Source of the DNA: Trabulsiella guamensis ATCC 49490
Lineage (GTDB): Bacteria; Pseudomonadota; Gammaproteobacteria; Enterobacterales; Enterobacteriaceae
Assembly: GCF_000734965.1 (NCBI RefSeq)
Contig: NZ_JMTB01000095.1
Coordinates: 33,056-57,055, forward strand
DNA length: 24,000 nucleotides
Direction of reading: 5' to 3'
The notes beneath the pieces are model-generated. The model was not told the DNA's origin, made no database searches, and was given only the letters and a program-made list of their open reading frames with translations. Every line of letters begins with the position of its first letter. Position 1 is the first letter of the stretch. Shown here piece after piece: positions 9,724-17,317 of this stretch. Made by a program: the position numbers and the translations under genes.

Positions 9724-10622
9724 GATGTTTTCTCCTGAATCAGTGAACGCAGCAGGGCAAGGCCGCGTAAAAAACAGCTGTCGCCATCCACGGCGGTCAG
9801 CGTCAGTCCAGTAACTTCTGCCGCCCGTAGATAACGCGCCGTCAGTGCGGGCGATCCCACCACCCACGCAGGCACTGCGACATCAACCTCCGCCAGTTCG
9901 TAACCAATCAGCAAACCGGAGAGATAGCTGTGGATGTGTTCCGCTGCCACGTCACCCATCAGGCGGCGCGTGCGCGCAGAAAAAATCAGGTGGCTGAACG
10001 GGGTGTTCTGAGAGGCGGTTTCGACGCCGAAGACAAAGCTGGCATCGTGCGGAACTTGCTGCGGCAGGTCGCGACCCAACAGCGATTGTTTGCACAGCAG
10101 GGAAAACAACTCTCCGGTCATAAAAGTGGAGAAATCGATAATTTCGCCGTGGTGCATCCGGGCGTGTTTGCTGTGCGTTCCAGGAAGCAGGGCAAGGTGG
10201 TTTTCCGCCGGATGCATCGCCACCAGACCCAATAACTGGATCTCTTCGCCGCGCATCACATCCGGCTGGCCATAGCGGCTGGTGCCATTCACGCCAGGAA
10301 TGATCCACGCCGGGCTACCCCACGGCGTCTGAAAGGTACAGGAGCCGTCAAAAAGATCGCCAGCGCCAGCAGGCAGCGATGCATAAGGCACGTTTTTCCA
10401 GCCCTGCTGCGAACCGACCATCCCGGCCATGACGATCGGCAGATGAGGTGTTGCTGCAAGCCACGGTGACAGCAGACATTGCAAGGCGGCCGCGAACTGC
10501 GCTTCCTGTACTGACAGCAAGCCACAGGGCTCAGACAGAGAATCAATAACCTGATTATTTTCCAATAGAAAGGCACGAAAGTTAGTCGTACCCCAGTCGA
10601 TGGCGATCCAGTTGTTTTTCAT
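9720..10622 (-). CDS. dgoK: 2-dehydro-3-deoxygalactonokinase, DgoK-like
   Basis: 300 aa with blocks shared with E. coli DgoK: IAIDWGTTNFRA, VMAGMVGSQQGWK..PY, VMRGEEIQL, PGTHSKH, MTGEL, SGLLIG.E, LTARY. The start was trimmed to the first in-frame ATG (10622). The ORF-track start at 10658 is a TTG inside the operator region. Confidence 0.9.
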   Translation of the reverse strand: MKNNWIAIDWGTTNFRAFLLENNQVIDSLSEPCGLLSVQEAQFAAALQCLLSPWLAATPHLPIVMAGMVGSQQGWKNVPYASLPAGAGDLFDGSCTFQTPWGSPAWIIPGVNGTSRYGQPDVMRGEEIQLLGLVAMHPAENHLALLPGTHSKHARMHHGEIIDFSTFMTGELFSLLCKQSLLGRDLPQQVPHDASFVFGVETASQNTPFSHLIFSARTRRLMGDVAAEHIHSYLSGLLIGYELAEVDVAVPAWVVGSPALTARYLRAAEVTGLTLTAVDGDSCFLRGLALLRSLIQEKTS

Positions 10623-10625
10623 ATC

Positions 10626-10658
10626 ATGTAATACAAATAAATTAATCTTGTAATACAA
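10626..10658. promoter_or_regulatory. Two GntR/FadR-type palindromic operators (DgoR-box-like) upstream of the dgoK-like gene
   Basis: 10648-10658 is TTGTAATACAA, a perfect 5-1-5 palindrome. 10626-10636 is ATGTAATACAA, matching at 10 of 11 positions. Centres are 22 bp apart, about two helical turns. They lie in the only AT-rich gap of the operon, directly downstream of the GntR-family gene. Confidence 0.6.
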
Positions 10659-10660
10659 GA

Positions 10661-10703
10661 ATGCTAGAGCAAAGGGAAATCGCGATCTGTGAAGCAGATC
10701 GAA
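10661..10703 (-). promoter_or_regulatory. Candidate CRP-dependent promoter for the catabolic genes (-10 TAGCAT plus a CRP-like site), or alternatively a weak hairpin
   Basis: On the minus strand TAGCAT (10666-10661) is a -10-like hexamer. TGTGA-agcaga-TCGAA (10688-10703) has one perfect CRP half-site and is centred 41.5 bp from the predicted +1 (~10654). The same stretch contains a 7-bp inverted repeat, CGATCTG-N5-CAGATCG (10683-10701). Confidence 0.35.
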
Positions 10704-10720
10704 ATTACATCAACAGGGGA

Positions 10721-11452
10721 TCAGACGATCAGATCGAACATCTCAGGACGATCCTGCCAGATGCGCTTGCGCGCGGCATTCAGAAGAATAGTGCGCATTT
10801 GCTGGCGCGCCTGGTCGGGCTTTTTGAGACGAATGGCTTCCAGCAAGAGATAATGGTCGTCCACCGCCGTTCGGGTCTGACGCACATCTTTTTCCAGCGT
10901 CTGGCGGAATGAAAGCGCCATCGCCGCCGACAGCGCATTGCCAAGCGTCAACAAAAACGGGTTATGGGTGGCACGCAGCAGGGCATGGTGAAACGCCATG
11001 TCGCCCTCTTCAAACACATCGCCCTTCGCATTGAGTTGCCCCTGACGCATGAGCTGGAGCGCATCTTCCATCGCCGCCAGATCGTGCCCGGTCGCGTTCA
11101 TCGCGGCGAGCGTGGCGACGTTCGGTTCAAAGACCAGACGCGTCACCATCAGCTGTTCCACCAGTTGTGGATCCATCTCGCCTTCTGCCAGCCAGGTGAG
11201 CATATCGGCGTCGAGCAGGTTCCAGAGTTCGCGTGGGTTTACCATCGAACGTTTTTTCGCCTGAATGGAGATAAGCCCTTTCGCCGCCAGAAACTGCAAT
11301 GCATTACGCACCGAGGTGCGTGAGACACCGTACGCCATCGCCAGTTCATTTTCGCCAGGCAGCGCCAGCCCCGGTTTAAGATCACCGTGGATCATGCGGT
11401 TAGCGAGGCGTTGGGTCAGAGACTCAGCAATAGACGTTTGTGGTGCTTTCAT
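10721..11452 (-). CDS. GntR-family transcriptional regulator, FadR/FCD subfamily, DgoR-like
   Basis: 243 aa from ATG 11452; the ORF-track start at 11527 is probably too long. It has an N-terminal winged-HTH (LPGENELAMAYGVSRTSVRNALQFLAAKGLI) and a C-terminal helical FCD-like domain. The PRE.WN.LD.D.L.W....DP.L block resembles E. coli DgoR. Confidence 0.85.
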   Translation of the reverse strand: MKAPQTSIAESLTQRLANRMIHGDLKPGLALPGENELAMAYGVSRTSVRNALQFLAAKGLISIQAKKRSMVNPRELWNLLDADMLTWLAEGEMDPQLVEQLMVTRLVFEPNVATLAAMNATGHDLAAMEDALQLMRQGQLNAKGDVFEEGDMAFHHALLRATHNPFLLTLGNALSAAMALSFRQTLEKDVRQTRTAVDDHYLLLEAIRLKKPDQARQQMRTILLNAARKRIWQDRPEMFDLIV

Positions 11453-11544
11453 GGCGTTCCGGGCGAAAGAGTGGAAAGGCTTGTCGGCAACATCATATAC
11501 GCTACGGGCGCAGGAAAGAACCCGCATTGCCGGAGGTTATCATT

Positions 11545-12738
11545 TCAGGCTTCCACCAGCGCCTGCGCACATGCCCAGGCGGACGACCATGCCCACTGGA
11601 AGTTGTAGCCGCCGAGCCAGCCGGTGACGTCCATCACTTCGCCGATGAAATAGAGGCCGGGCACGTTGCGGGCTTCCATGGTGCGGGAGGAGAGTTCGTT
11701 GGTGTCGACGCCGCCAAGGGTCACTTCGGCGGTGCGATAGCCTTCGGTGCCATTAGGCTGGACGCGCCATTGGGTGAGTGTTTCCACCAGCGTTTGTTGG
11801 TCGCGCATGTTGAGCTGTTTCAGCGTGACGTCAGGGATCTGCCCGAGCTGCTGCAGACACTCTACCAGCCGTTTTGGCAGTTGCATCGCCAGCGTATTTT
11901 TCAGGCTCTGATTGGGGTGCGCCTCGCGCTGCTCATTGAGGAAGGCATCCGGATCACTGTCGGGCAGCAGATCGATGCTGACGAACTCACCAGGCTGCCA
12001 GTAGCTGGAGATTTGCAGCACCGCCGGGCCGGAAAGCCCGCGGTGGGTGAAGAGCAGGTTTTCGCGAAAGACTGTGCCATCTTCGGCGGTGATTACCGCG
12101 GGCACCGATACGCCGGAAAGGACCTGCAATTGTTCGAGCAACGGTTTATGCAGGGTAAACGGCACCAGACCCGCCCGCGTCGGCAGCACCTTGAGGCCGA
12201 ACTGCTCAGCGATTTTATATCCGAATGGTGTGGCACCCAGACCTGGCATCGACAGCCCACCGCTGGCAATCACCAGTTTTTTCGCCGTTACTGTCTCGCC
12301 ATTCAACTGCAGCGTGTAGCCGTCGTCGTCGCGTTCAACACTGAGGATTTCGGTGCGCAGGCGCAGCGTGACGTTGCCCTTTTCGCACTCGGTCACCAGC
12401 ATGCTCACGATTTGCTCTGCGGAATCATCGCAAAACAACTGCCCCAGCGTTTTTTCATGCCAGGCAATGCCATGCTTTCCTACCAGATCGATAAAATCCC
12501 ACTGGGTGTAGCGCGCCAGCGCTGATTTGCAGAAATGAGGGTTCTGGCAGAGATAAGCGGCAGGTTCAACGTACAGGTTGGTAAAGTTGCAGCGACCGCC
12601 GCCGGACATCAGAATCTTGCGGCCCGGCTTCTTGCCATTATCGACCAGCAGCACGCGGCTACCCGCCTGCCCCGCCTGCGCTGCGCAAAACATCCCCGCC
12701 GCACCGGCGCCTACCACAATGGCATCAAACCTTTCCAC
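11545..12738 (-). CDS. yhiN: HI0933-like FAD-dependent flavoprotein YhiN
   Basis: 397 aa with the dinucleotide fold DAIVVGAGAAGMF. It is near-collinear with E. coli YhiN by recall. GTG start at 12738 with a GAGGA Shine-Dalgarno 7 nt upstream. Confidence 0.93.
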   Translation of the reverse strand: MERFDAIVVGAGAAGMFCAAQAGQAGSRVLLVDNGKKPGRKILMSGGGRCNFTNLYVEPAAYLCQNPHFCKSALARYTQWDFIDLVGKHGIAWHEKTLGQLFCDDSAEQIVSMLVTECEKGNVTLRLRTEILSVERDDDGYTLQLNGETVTAKKLVIASGGLSMPGLGATPFGYKIAEQFGLKVLPTRAGLVPFTLHKPLLEQLQVLSGVSVPAVITAEDGTVFRENLLFTHRGLSGPAVLQISSYWQPGEFVSIDLLPDSDPDAFLNEQREAHPNQSLKNTLAMQLPKRLVECLQQLGQIPDVTLKQLNMRDQQTLVETLTQWRVQPNGTEGYRTAEVTLGGVDTNELSSRTMEARNVPGLYFIGEVMDVTGWLGGYNFQWAWSSAWACAQALVEA

Positions 12739-12967
12739 ACGACAATCCTCACTTTTGAATGTCGGGAATTGTAAATATTCCCTGCTGGTCGCACCAGCGT
12801 AAAAATTCTGTCATATAAGTAGTACTTTGAAATATATAGGATAATTCTTGACAGTGATTTGACTTACATGAAAGCAAATCAAAAAAAGTCTATATTTCGC
12901 TTTGCCCGCGCCGCGAATGTCCCTGATAATGCGCCGCGTTCATGTCCTCAAAATGGCGTAACGTCCT

Positions 12968-14464
12968 ATGCTACATTTGTTTACCGGCCTGGATTTTCAT
13001 ACCGGGTTGTTATTATTGCTTGCTCTGGGTTTTGTACTGTTTTACGAAGCGATCAATGGCTTCCATGACACCGCAAACGCAGTTGCTACAGTGATTTATA
13101 CGCGCGCAATGCGATCGCAACTGGCGGTCGCGATGGCTGCGATTTTCAATTTCTTCGGTGTACTGCTGGGTGGATTGAGCGTGGCTTATGCGATTGTGCA
13201 TATGCTGCCGACCGATCTCTTATTGAACATGGGGTCTGCACATGGTCTCGCCATGGTGTTCTCCATGCTGCTGGCGGCGATTATCTGGAACCTCGGTACC
13301 TGGTATTTTGGTCTTCCGGCATCAAGTTCACACACATTGATTGGCGCAATCATCGGGATTGGTTTGACCAATGCGTTGATGACCGGCACCTCGGTGGTGG
13401 ATGCGCTGAACATTCCTAAAGTTATCAGCATTTTTGCTTCCCTGATCCTCTCGCCCATCGTCGGGCTGGTGTTCGCGGGCGGCCTGATCTTTATCTTGCG
13501 CCGTTACTGGAGCAACACAAAAAAGAAGGCACGCATTCACCTGACCCCTGCGGAACGTGAAAAGAAAGACGGTAAGAAAAAGCCGCCATTCTGGACGCGT
13601 ATCGCGCTGATCGTGTCTGCCATCGGCGTGTCGTTTTCGCATGGCGCGAACGATGGTCAGAAGGGCATTGGTCTGGTGATGCTGGTGTTAATTGGCGTGG
13701 CGCCGGCAGGGTTCGTGGTTAATATGAACGCCTCTGGCTACGAAATTACGCGTACCCGTGATGCTGTCAACAACGTGGAGCTCTTCTTCCAGCAGCGCCC
13801 TGAACTGTTGACCAAAGCGGTTGGTGCTGAACAGCTAATCCCGTCGCCAGAGCCTGGTGTCGCGGCTAACGCAGAATTTCACTGTCACCCGGCCAACACC
13901 ATTAATGCGCTGGAGCGTACCAAAGGCCTGCTGACCAATATCGAAAGCTACGATAAACTCTCCGTTGAGCAACGCAGCCAGTTGCGCCGCATTTTGCTGT
14001 GCATTTCTGATACTACCGACAAAGTGGCGAAGCTGCCGGAAGTGAATGGCGAAGATCTGCGTCTGCTGAAGAAACTGAAAACCGACATGCTGAGCACCGT
14101 TGAATACGCGCCGGTGTGGATCATCATGGCGGTCGCGCTGGCGCTGGGTATCGGTACGATGATCGGCTGGCGTCGTGTGGCGACCACCATCGGTGAAAAG
14201 ATTGGTAAGAAAGGCATGACCTACGCGCAGGGTATGTCAGCCCAGATGACGGCCGCGGTTTCCATCGGTCTTGCCAGTTACACCGGGATGCCGGTTTCCA
14301 CCACTCACGTACTCTCCTCCTCCGTGGCGGGGACGATGATCGTGGATGGCGGCGGACTGCAAAGGAAAACCGTGACCAACATTCTGATGGCCTGGGTCTT
14401 TACCTTGCCGGCATCGATTATCCTGTCTGGCGTGCTGTACTGGATTTCGCTGAAGCTCATCTAA
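12968..14464 (+). CDS. pitA: Low-affinity inorganic phosphate / metal-phosphate:H+ symporter PitA
   Basis: 498 aa, PHO4/PiT family, with repeats [12 protein letters not shown] and [12 protein letters not shown]. About 90% similar to E. coli PitA by recall. Confidence 0.96.
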   Translation: MLHLFTGLDFHTGLLLLLALGFVLFYEAINGFHDTANAVATVIYTRAMRSQLAVAMAAIFNFFGVLLGGLSVAYAIVHMLPTDLLLNMGSAHGLAMVFSMLLAAIIWNLGTWYFGLPASSSHTLIGAIIGIGLTNALMTGTSVVDALNIPKVISIFASLILSPIVGLVFAGGLIFILRRYWSNTKKKARIHLTPAEREKKDGKKKPPFWTRIALIVSAIGVSFSHGANDGQKGIGLVMLVLIGVAPAGFVVNMNASGYEITRTRDAVNNVELFFQQRPELLTKAVGAEQLIPSPEPGVAANAEFHCHPANTINALERTKGLLTNIESYDKLSVEQRSQLRRILLCISDTTDKVAKLPEVNGEDLRLLKKLKTDMLSTVEYAPVWIIMAVALALGIGTMIGWRRVATTIGEKIGKKGMTYAQGMSAQMTAAVSIGLASYTGMPVSTTHVLSSSVAGTMIVDGGGLQRKTVTNILMAWVFTLPASIILSGVLYWISLKLI

Positions 14465-14486
14465 GCGCCTTCAGGCTGCACAAGTA

Positions 14487-14516
14487 AACGGGTCAGGAAA
14501 CTGGCCCGTTTTTTTT
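14487..14516 (+). terminator. Rho-independent terminator of pitA
   Basis: AACGGGTCAG-GAAA-CTGGCCCGTT forms a 10-bp stem (one G.U pair) with a GAAA tetraloop, running into TTTTTTTT. It starts 23 nt after the pitA stop. Confidence 0.8.
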
Positions 14517-14523
14517 CTTCGCC

Positions 14524-14859
14524 TCAGTGCCAAATCAGCAACGCAATCAGACTCACCATCACCAGACCACAGAGCGCGCTGGTCAAAATAAACTGACGGC
14601 GTACACGCTCACAACGGCGGATGAACTCTTCGTCATGATGATCGCGGTAGCGCTGCGCGTAGATGTACCACACCAGGCGCATTTGCTTTCCGGGCTGACC
14701 ATGTGAAGTGAAGAATCCACCACCGTCTACATACTGATAGAGCAAGGGATCGCAACCACGCAGAACCACTAATAGTGCGCGTAAAGATGAGAAGTAACGC
14801 GCCATATTCACGACACAAACGATACACAGGGCCCAAAACAGCGCAACAGTGCTGATCAT
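14524..14859 (-). CDS. uspB: Universal stress protein B (small inner-membrane protein)
   Basis: 111 aa, almost identical to E. coli UspB by recall ([12 protein letters not shown]...LIALLIWH). A GGAGG Shine-Dalgarno lies upstream of ATG 14859. Confidence 0.95.
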   Translation of the reverse strand: MISTVALFWALCIVCVVNMARYFSSLRALLVVLRGCDPLLYQYVDGGGFFTSHGQPGKQMRLVWYIYAQRYRDHHDEEFIRRCERVRRQFILTSALCGLVMVSLIALLIWH

Positions 14860-15077
14860 AACTCCTCCCCGGCGACCCGCCCACAGGGTAACCCCCAGGA
14901 CTACCGCTCCCCATACCCAGACCAGTTCAGTGAAAGAGTGCGAAGCCGGTCACAAAATAATGTCTAACCGGCTTATTAAATAGTGTAGGAGATGAGTTAA
15001 ATTTTTTACCACAAGGTTAACCGTTATCAATACCCCCGGCAGATAAATTTGATTAACTAATTGGTAAGCAAGTCACA

Positions 15078-15106
15078 TTGACGTAACTTGTGGGTCGTTT
15101 TAAGGT
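15078..15106 (+). promoter_or_regulatory. Candidate sigma-70 promoter of uspA
   Basis: TTGACG (15078-15083), a 17-nt spacer, then TAAGGT (15101-15106), about 50 nt upstream of the uspA ATG. This is a sequence match only. Confidence 0.3.
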
Positions 15107-15157
15107 GGAGTTGTTTACTAAAATTAGTCATCGATAACTTAAGGAAGGAGTAACACT

Positions 15158-15595
15158 ATGGCTTACAGACACATTCTTATCGCGGTAGACCTGTCACCAG
15201 AAAGTAAAGTACTGGTAGACAAAGCGGTCTCGATGGCGCGCCCGTACAACGCGAAAGTTTCCCTGATTCATGTTGATGTGAATTACTCCGATCTCTACAC
15301 CGGCCTTATCGACGTCAATCTGGGTGATATGCAAAAACGCATTTCTGAGGAGACCCACCACGCGCTGACTGAGCTGTCCACCAACGCGGGCTATCCGATC
15401 ACGGAAACCCTGAGCGGCAGCGGCGACCTGGGTCAGGTGCTGGTTGATGCTATCAAAAAATATGACATGGATCTGGTGGTATGCGGTCACCACCAGGACT
15501 TCTGGAGCAAACTAATGTCCTCCGCACGTCAGCTTATCAATACCGTTCACGTTGATATGCTGATCGTCCCGTTACGTGACGAAGAAGACGATTAA
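15158..15595 (+). CDS. uspA: Universal stress protein A
   Basis: 145 aa, near-identical to E. coli UspA by recall. Strong AAGGAAGGAG Shine-Dalgarno. Confidence 0.97.
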   Translation: MAYRHILIAVDLSPESKVLVDKAVSMARPYNAKVSLIHVDVNYSDLYTGLIDVNLGDMQKRISEETHHALTELSTNAGYPITETLSGSGDLGQVLVDAIKKYDMDLVVCGHHQDFWSKLMSSARQLINTVHVDMLIVPLRDEEDD

Positions 15596-15615
15596 TCGTT
15601 TGCTTGCCGCCAGAT

Positions 15616-15637
15616 GCCCGCCTCGTGCGGGCTTTTT
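15616..15637 (+). terminator. Rho-independent terminator of uspA
   Basis: GCCCGC-ctcgt-GCGGGC followed by TTTTTCATTTTT, 20 nt after the stop. Confidence 0.8.
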
Positions 15638-15839
15638 CATTTTTACGCCCCTTGAACAGAAATAATGTTTTGATCACCAGATGATAATTAGTGTGATCTA
15701 TTTGTTGTTTCGCCATTAGTCAATCGAATAATCTATTACCTCGATATATAACAGCATTGTGTTTCAACAGATGCAAACTTCGCGCATTTATAGGCAAGCG
15801 CTCATACTTTTATGGGTTGGTTAATAAGGACGACAGAAC

Positions 15840-17312
15840 ATGAACACATCTCCCTCCGTGGGATTAATGCAACAGCCTCGCCCTTTCTTCATGATCTTCT
15901 TTGTCGAACTGTGGGAACGCTTTGGTTACTACGGCGTTCAGGGCATCCTGGCGGTCTTTTTCGTGAAGCAGTTGGGCTTTTCGCAGGAACAGGCATTTAT
16001 CACCTTTGGCGCCTTTGCTGCACTGGTTTACGGCCTGATCTCTATTGGCGGTTATGTCGGCGACCACCTGCTTGGCACGAAACGCACGCTGGTGCTGGGC
16101 GCCGTAGTGCTGGCAATCGGTTATTTCATGACCGGACTGTCGTTGCTGAAGCCGGATTTGATTTTCATTGCGCTGGGGACAATTGCCGTCGGTAACGGGC
16201 TGTTTAAAGCTAACCCTGCCAGTCTGCTCTCCAAATGCTACCCGCCGAAAGATCCGCGTCTCGATGGCGCTTTTACGTTGTTTTATATGTCCATCAACAT
16301 TGGTTCGCTGTTGTCGCTGTCACTGGCACCGGTGATTGCTGACAAGTTCGGCTACGCGGTGACCTACAATCTGTGTGGCGCCGGGCTGATTGTGGCGTTG
16401 CTGGTCTATTTCGCCTGCCGTGGGATGGTGAAAGATATCGGTTCAGAACCCGATCACCTGCCGATGAATATCAAAAATCTGCTGCTGGTGCTGATCGGCA
16501 CGGTAGCGATGGTGTTTCTCTGCGCCTGGCTGATGCATAACGTGAAAATCGCCAACCTGGTGCTGATCGTGCTCTCCATCGTGGTGACGATTTTCTTCTT
16601 CCGCGAAGCGTTCCGCCTGGACAAAACTGGCCGCAATAAGATGATTGTCGCTTTCATCCTGATGCTCGAAGCGGTGCTGTTTTATATCCTCTACGCGCAA
16701 ATGCCGACCTCGCTGAATTTCTTCGCTATCAACAACGTGCACCATGAAATCCTCGGCTTCACTATCAACCCGGTCAGTTTCCAGGCGCTGAACCCGTTCT
16801 GGGTGGTGGTGGCGAGCCCGGTGCTGGCGGCGATTTATACCCGCCTGGGCAGCCGTGGCAAAGACCTCACCATGCCGATGAAATTTACTCTCGGCATGTT
16901 CCTGTGCGCGCTCGGCTTCCTGACGGCTGCCGCCGCAGGCATGTGGTTTGCTGATCCACAGGGCCTGACGTCGCCGTGGTTCGTTGTGCTGGTGTATCTG
17001 TTCCAGAGTCTCGGCGAGCTGCTGATCAGCGCTCTGGGGCTGGCAATGGTGGCCGCGCTGGTGCCGCAACACCTGATGGGCTTCATTCTTGGGATGTGGT
17101 TCCTGACGCAGGCAGCGGCGTTCCTGCTCGGCGGTTATGTCGCAACCTTCACCGCCGTGCCGGAAAACATCACCGACCCGCTGCAGACACTGCCGATATA
17201 CACCAGCGTGTTCAGCAAAATTGGGCTGGTGACGCTGGCGGTGACGGTGATCATGGCGATTCTGGTGCCGTGGCTGAACAAGATGATCAATACGCCATCA
17301 GAACAGGCGTAA
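15840..17312 (+). CDS. dtpB: Proton-dependent di/tripeptide permease DtpB (POT family)
   Basis: 490 aa with POT motifs [14 protein letters not shown] and [10 protein letters not shown]. Collinear with E. coli DtpB (YhiP) by recall. Confidence 0.95.
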   Translation: MNTSPSVGLMQQPRPFFMIFFVELWERFGYYGVQGILAVFFVKQLGFSQEQAFITFGAFAALVYGLISIGGYVGDHLLGTKRTLVLGAVVLAIGYFMTGLSLLKPDLIFIALGTIAVGNGLFKANPASLLSKCYPPKDPRLDGAFTLFYMSINIGSLLSLSLAPVIADKFGYAVTYNLCGAGLIVALLVYFACRGMVKDIGSEPDHLPMNIKNLLLVLIGTVAMVFLCAWLMHNVKIANLVLIVLSIVVTIFFFREAFRLDKTGRNKMIVAFILMLEAVLFYILYAQMPTSLNFFAINNVHHEILGFTINPVSFQALNPFWVVVASPVLAAIYTRLGSRGKDLTMPMKFTLGMFLCALGFLTAAAAGMWFADPQGLTSPWFVVLVYLFQSLGELLISALGLAMVAALVPQHLMGFILGMWFLTQAAAFLLGGYVATFTAVPENITDPLQTLPIYTSVFSKIGLVTLAVTVIMAILVPWLNKMINTPSEQA

Positions 17313-17317
17313 CGGGC

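Noticed and set aside
10661-10912. 83-aa plus-strand ORF starting in the regulator-dgoK gap
   Set aside because: It runs antisense through the 3' end of the GntR-family gene. Its ATG lies within the putative -10 region of the opposite strand, and it has no Shine-Dalgarno or homology signal.
11440-12525. 361-aa ORF (GTG start) on the plus strand
   Set aside because: It is antisense to yhiN, which has a clear FAD-binding fold and homology to E. coli YhiN. It has no Shine-Dalgarno and no motifs, so it is a shadow ORF.
12859-13068. 69-aa ORF (TTG start) upstream of and overlapping the pitA start
   Set aside because: It is out of frame with pitA, uses a TTG start, has no Shine-Dalgarno, and lies in the promoter/leader region.
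14633-14914. 93-aa minus-strand ORF overlapping uspB out of frame and extending into the uspB-uspA intergenic region
   Set aside because: UspB in the other frame is essentially identical to the E. coli protein and has a strong Shine-Dalgarno. The overlapping ORF has neither.
15671-15700. Inverted repeat GATCAC-N15-GTGATC, and a TGTGATCT CRP-like half-site, upstream of dtpB
   Set aside because: The orientation and spacing do not fit the CRP consensus (TGTGA-N6-TCACA), because the second half-site (TTTGTTG) is poor. It cannot be tied to any regulator from sequence alone.
16443-17072. 209-aa His/Gln/Arg-rich ORF on the minus strand
   Set aside because: It is antisense to dtpB. Its biased composition mirrors the hydrophobic codons of a membrane protein read backwards.
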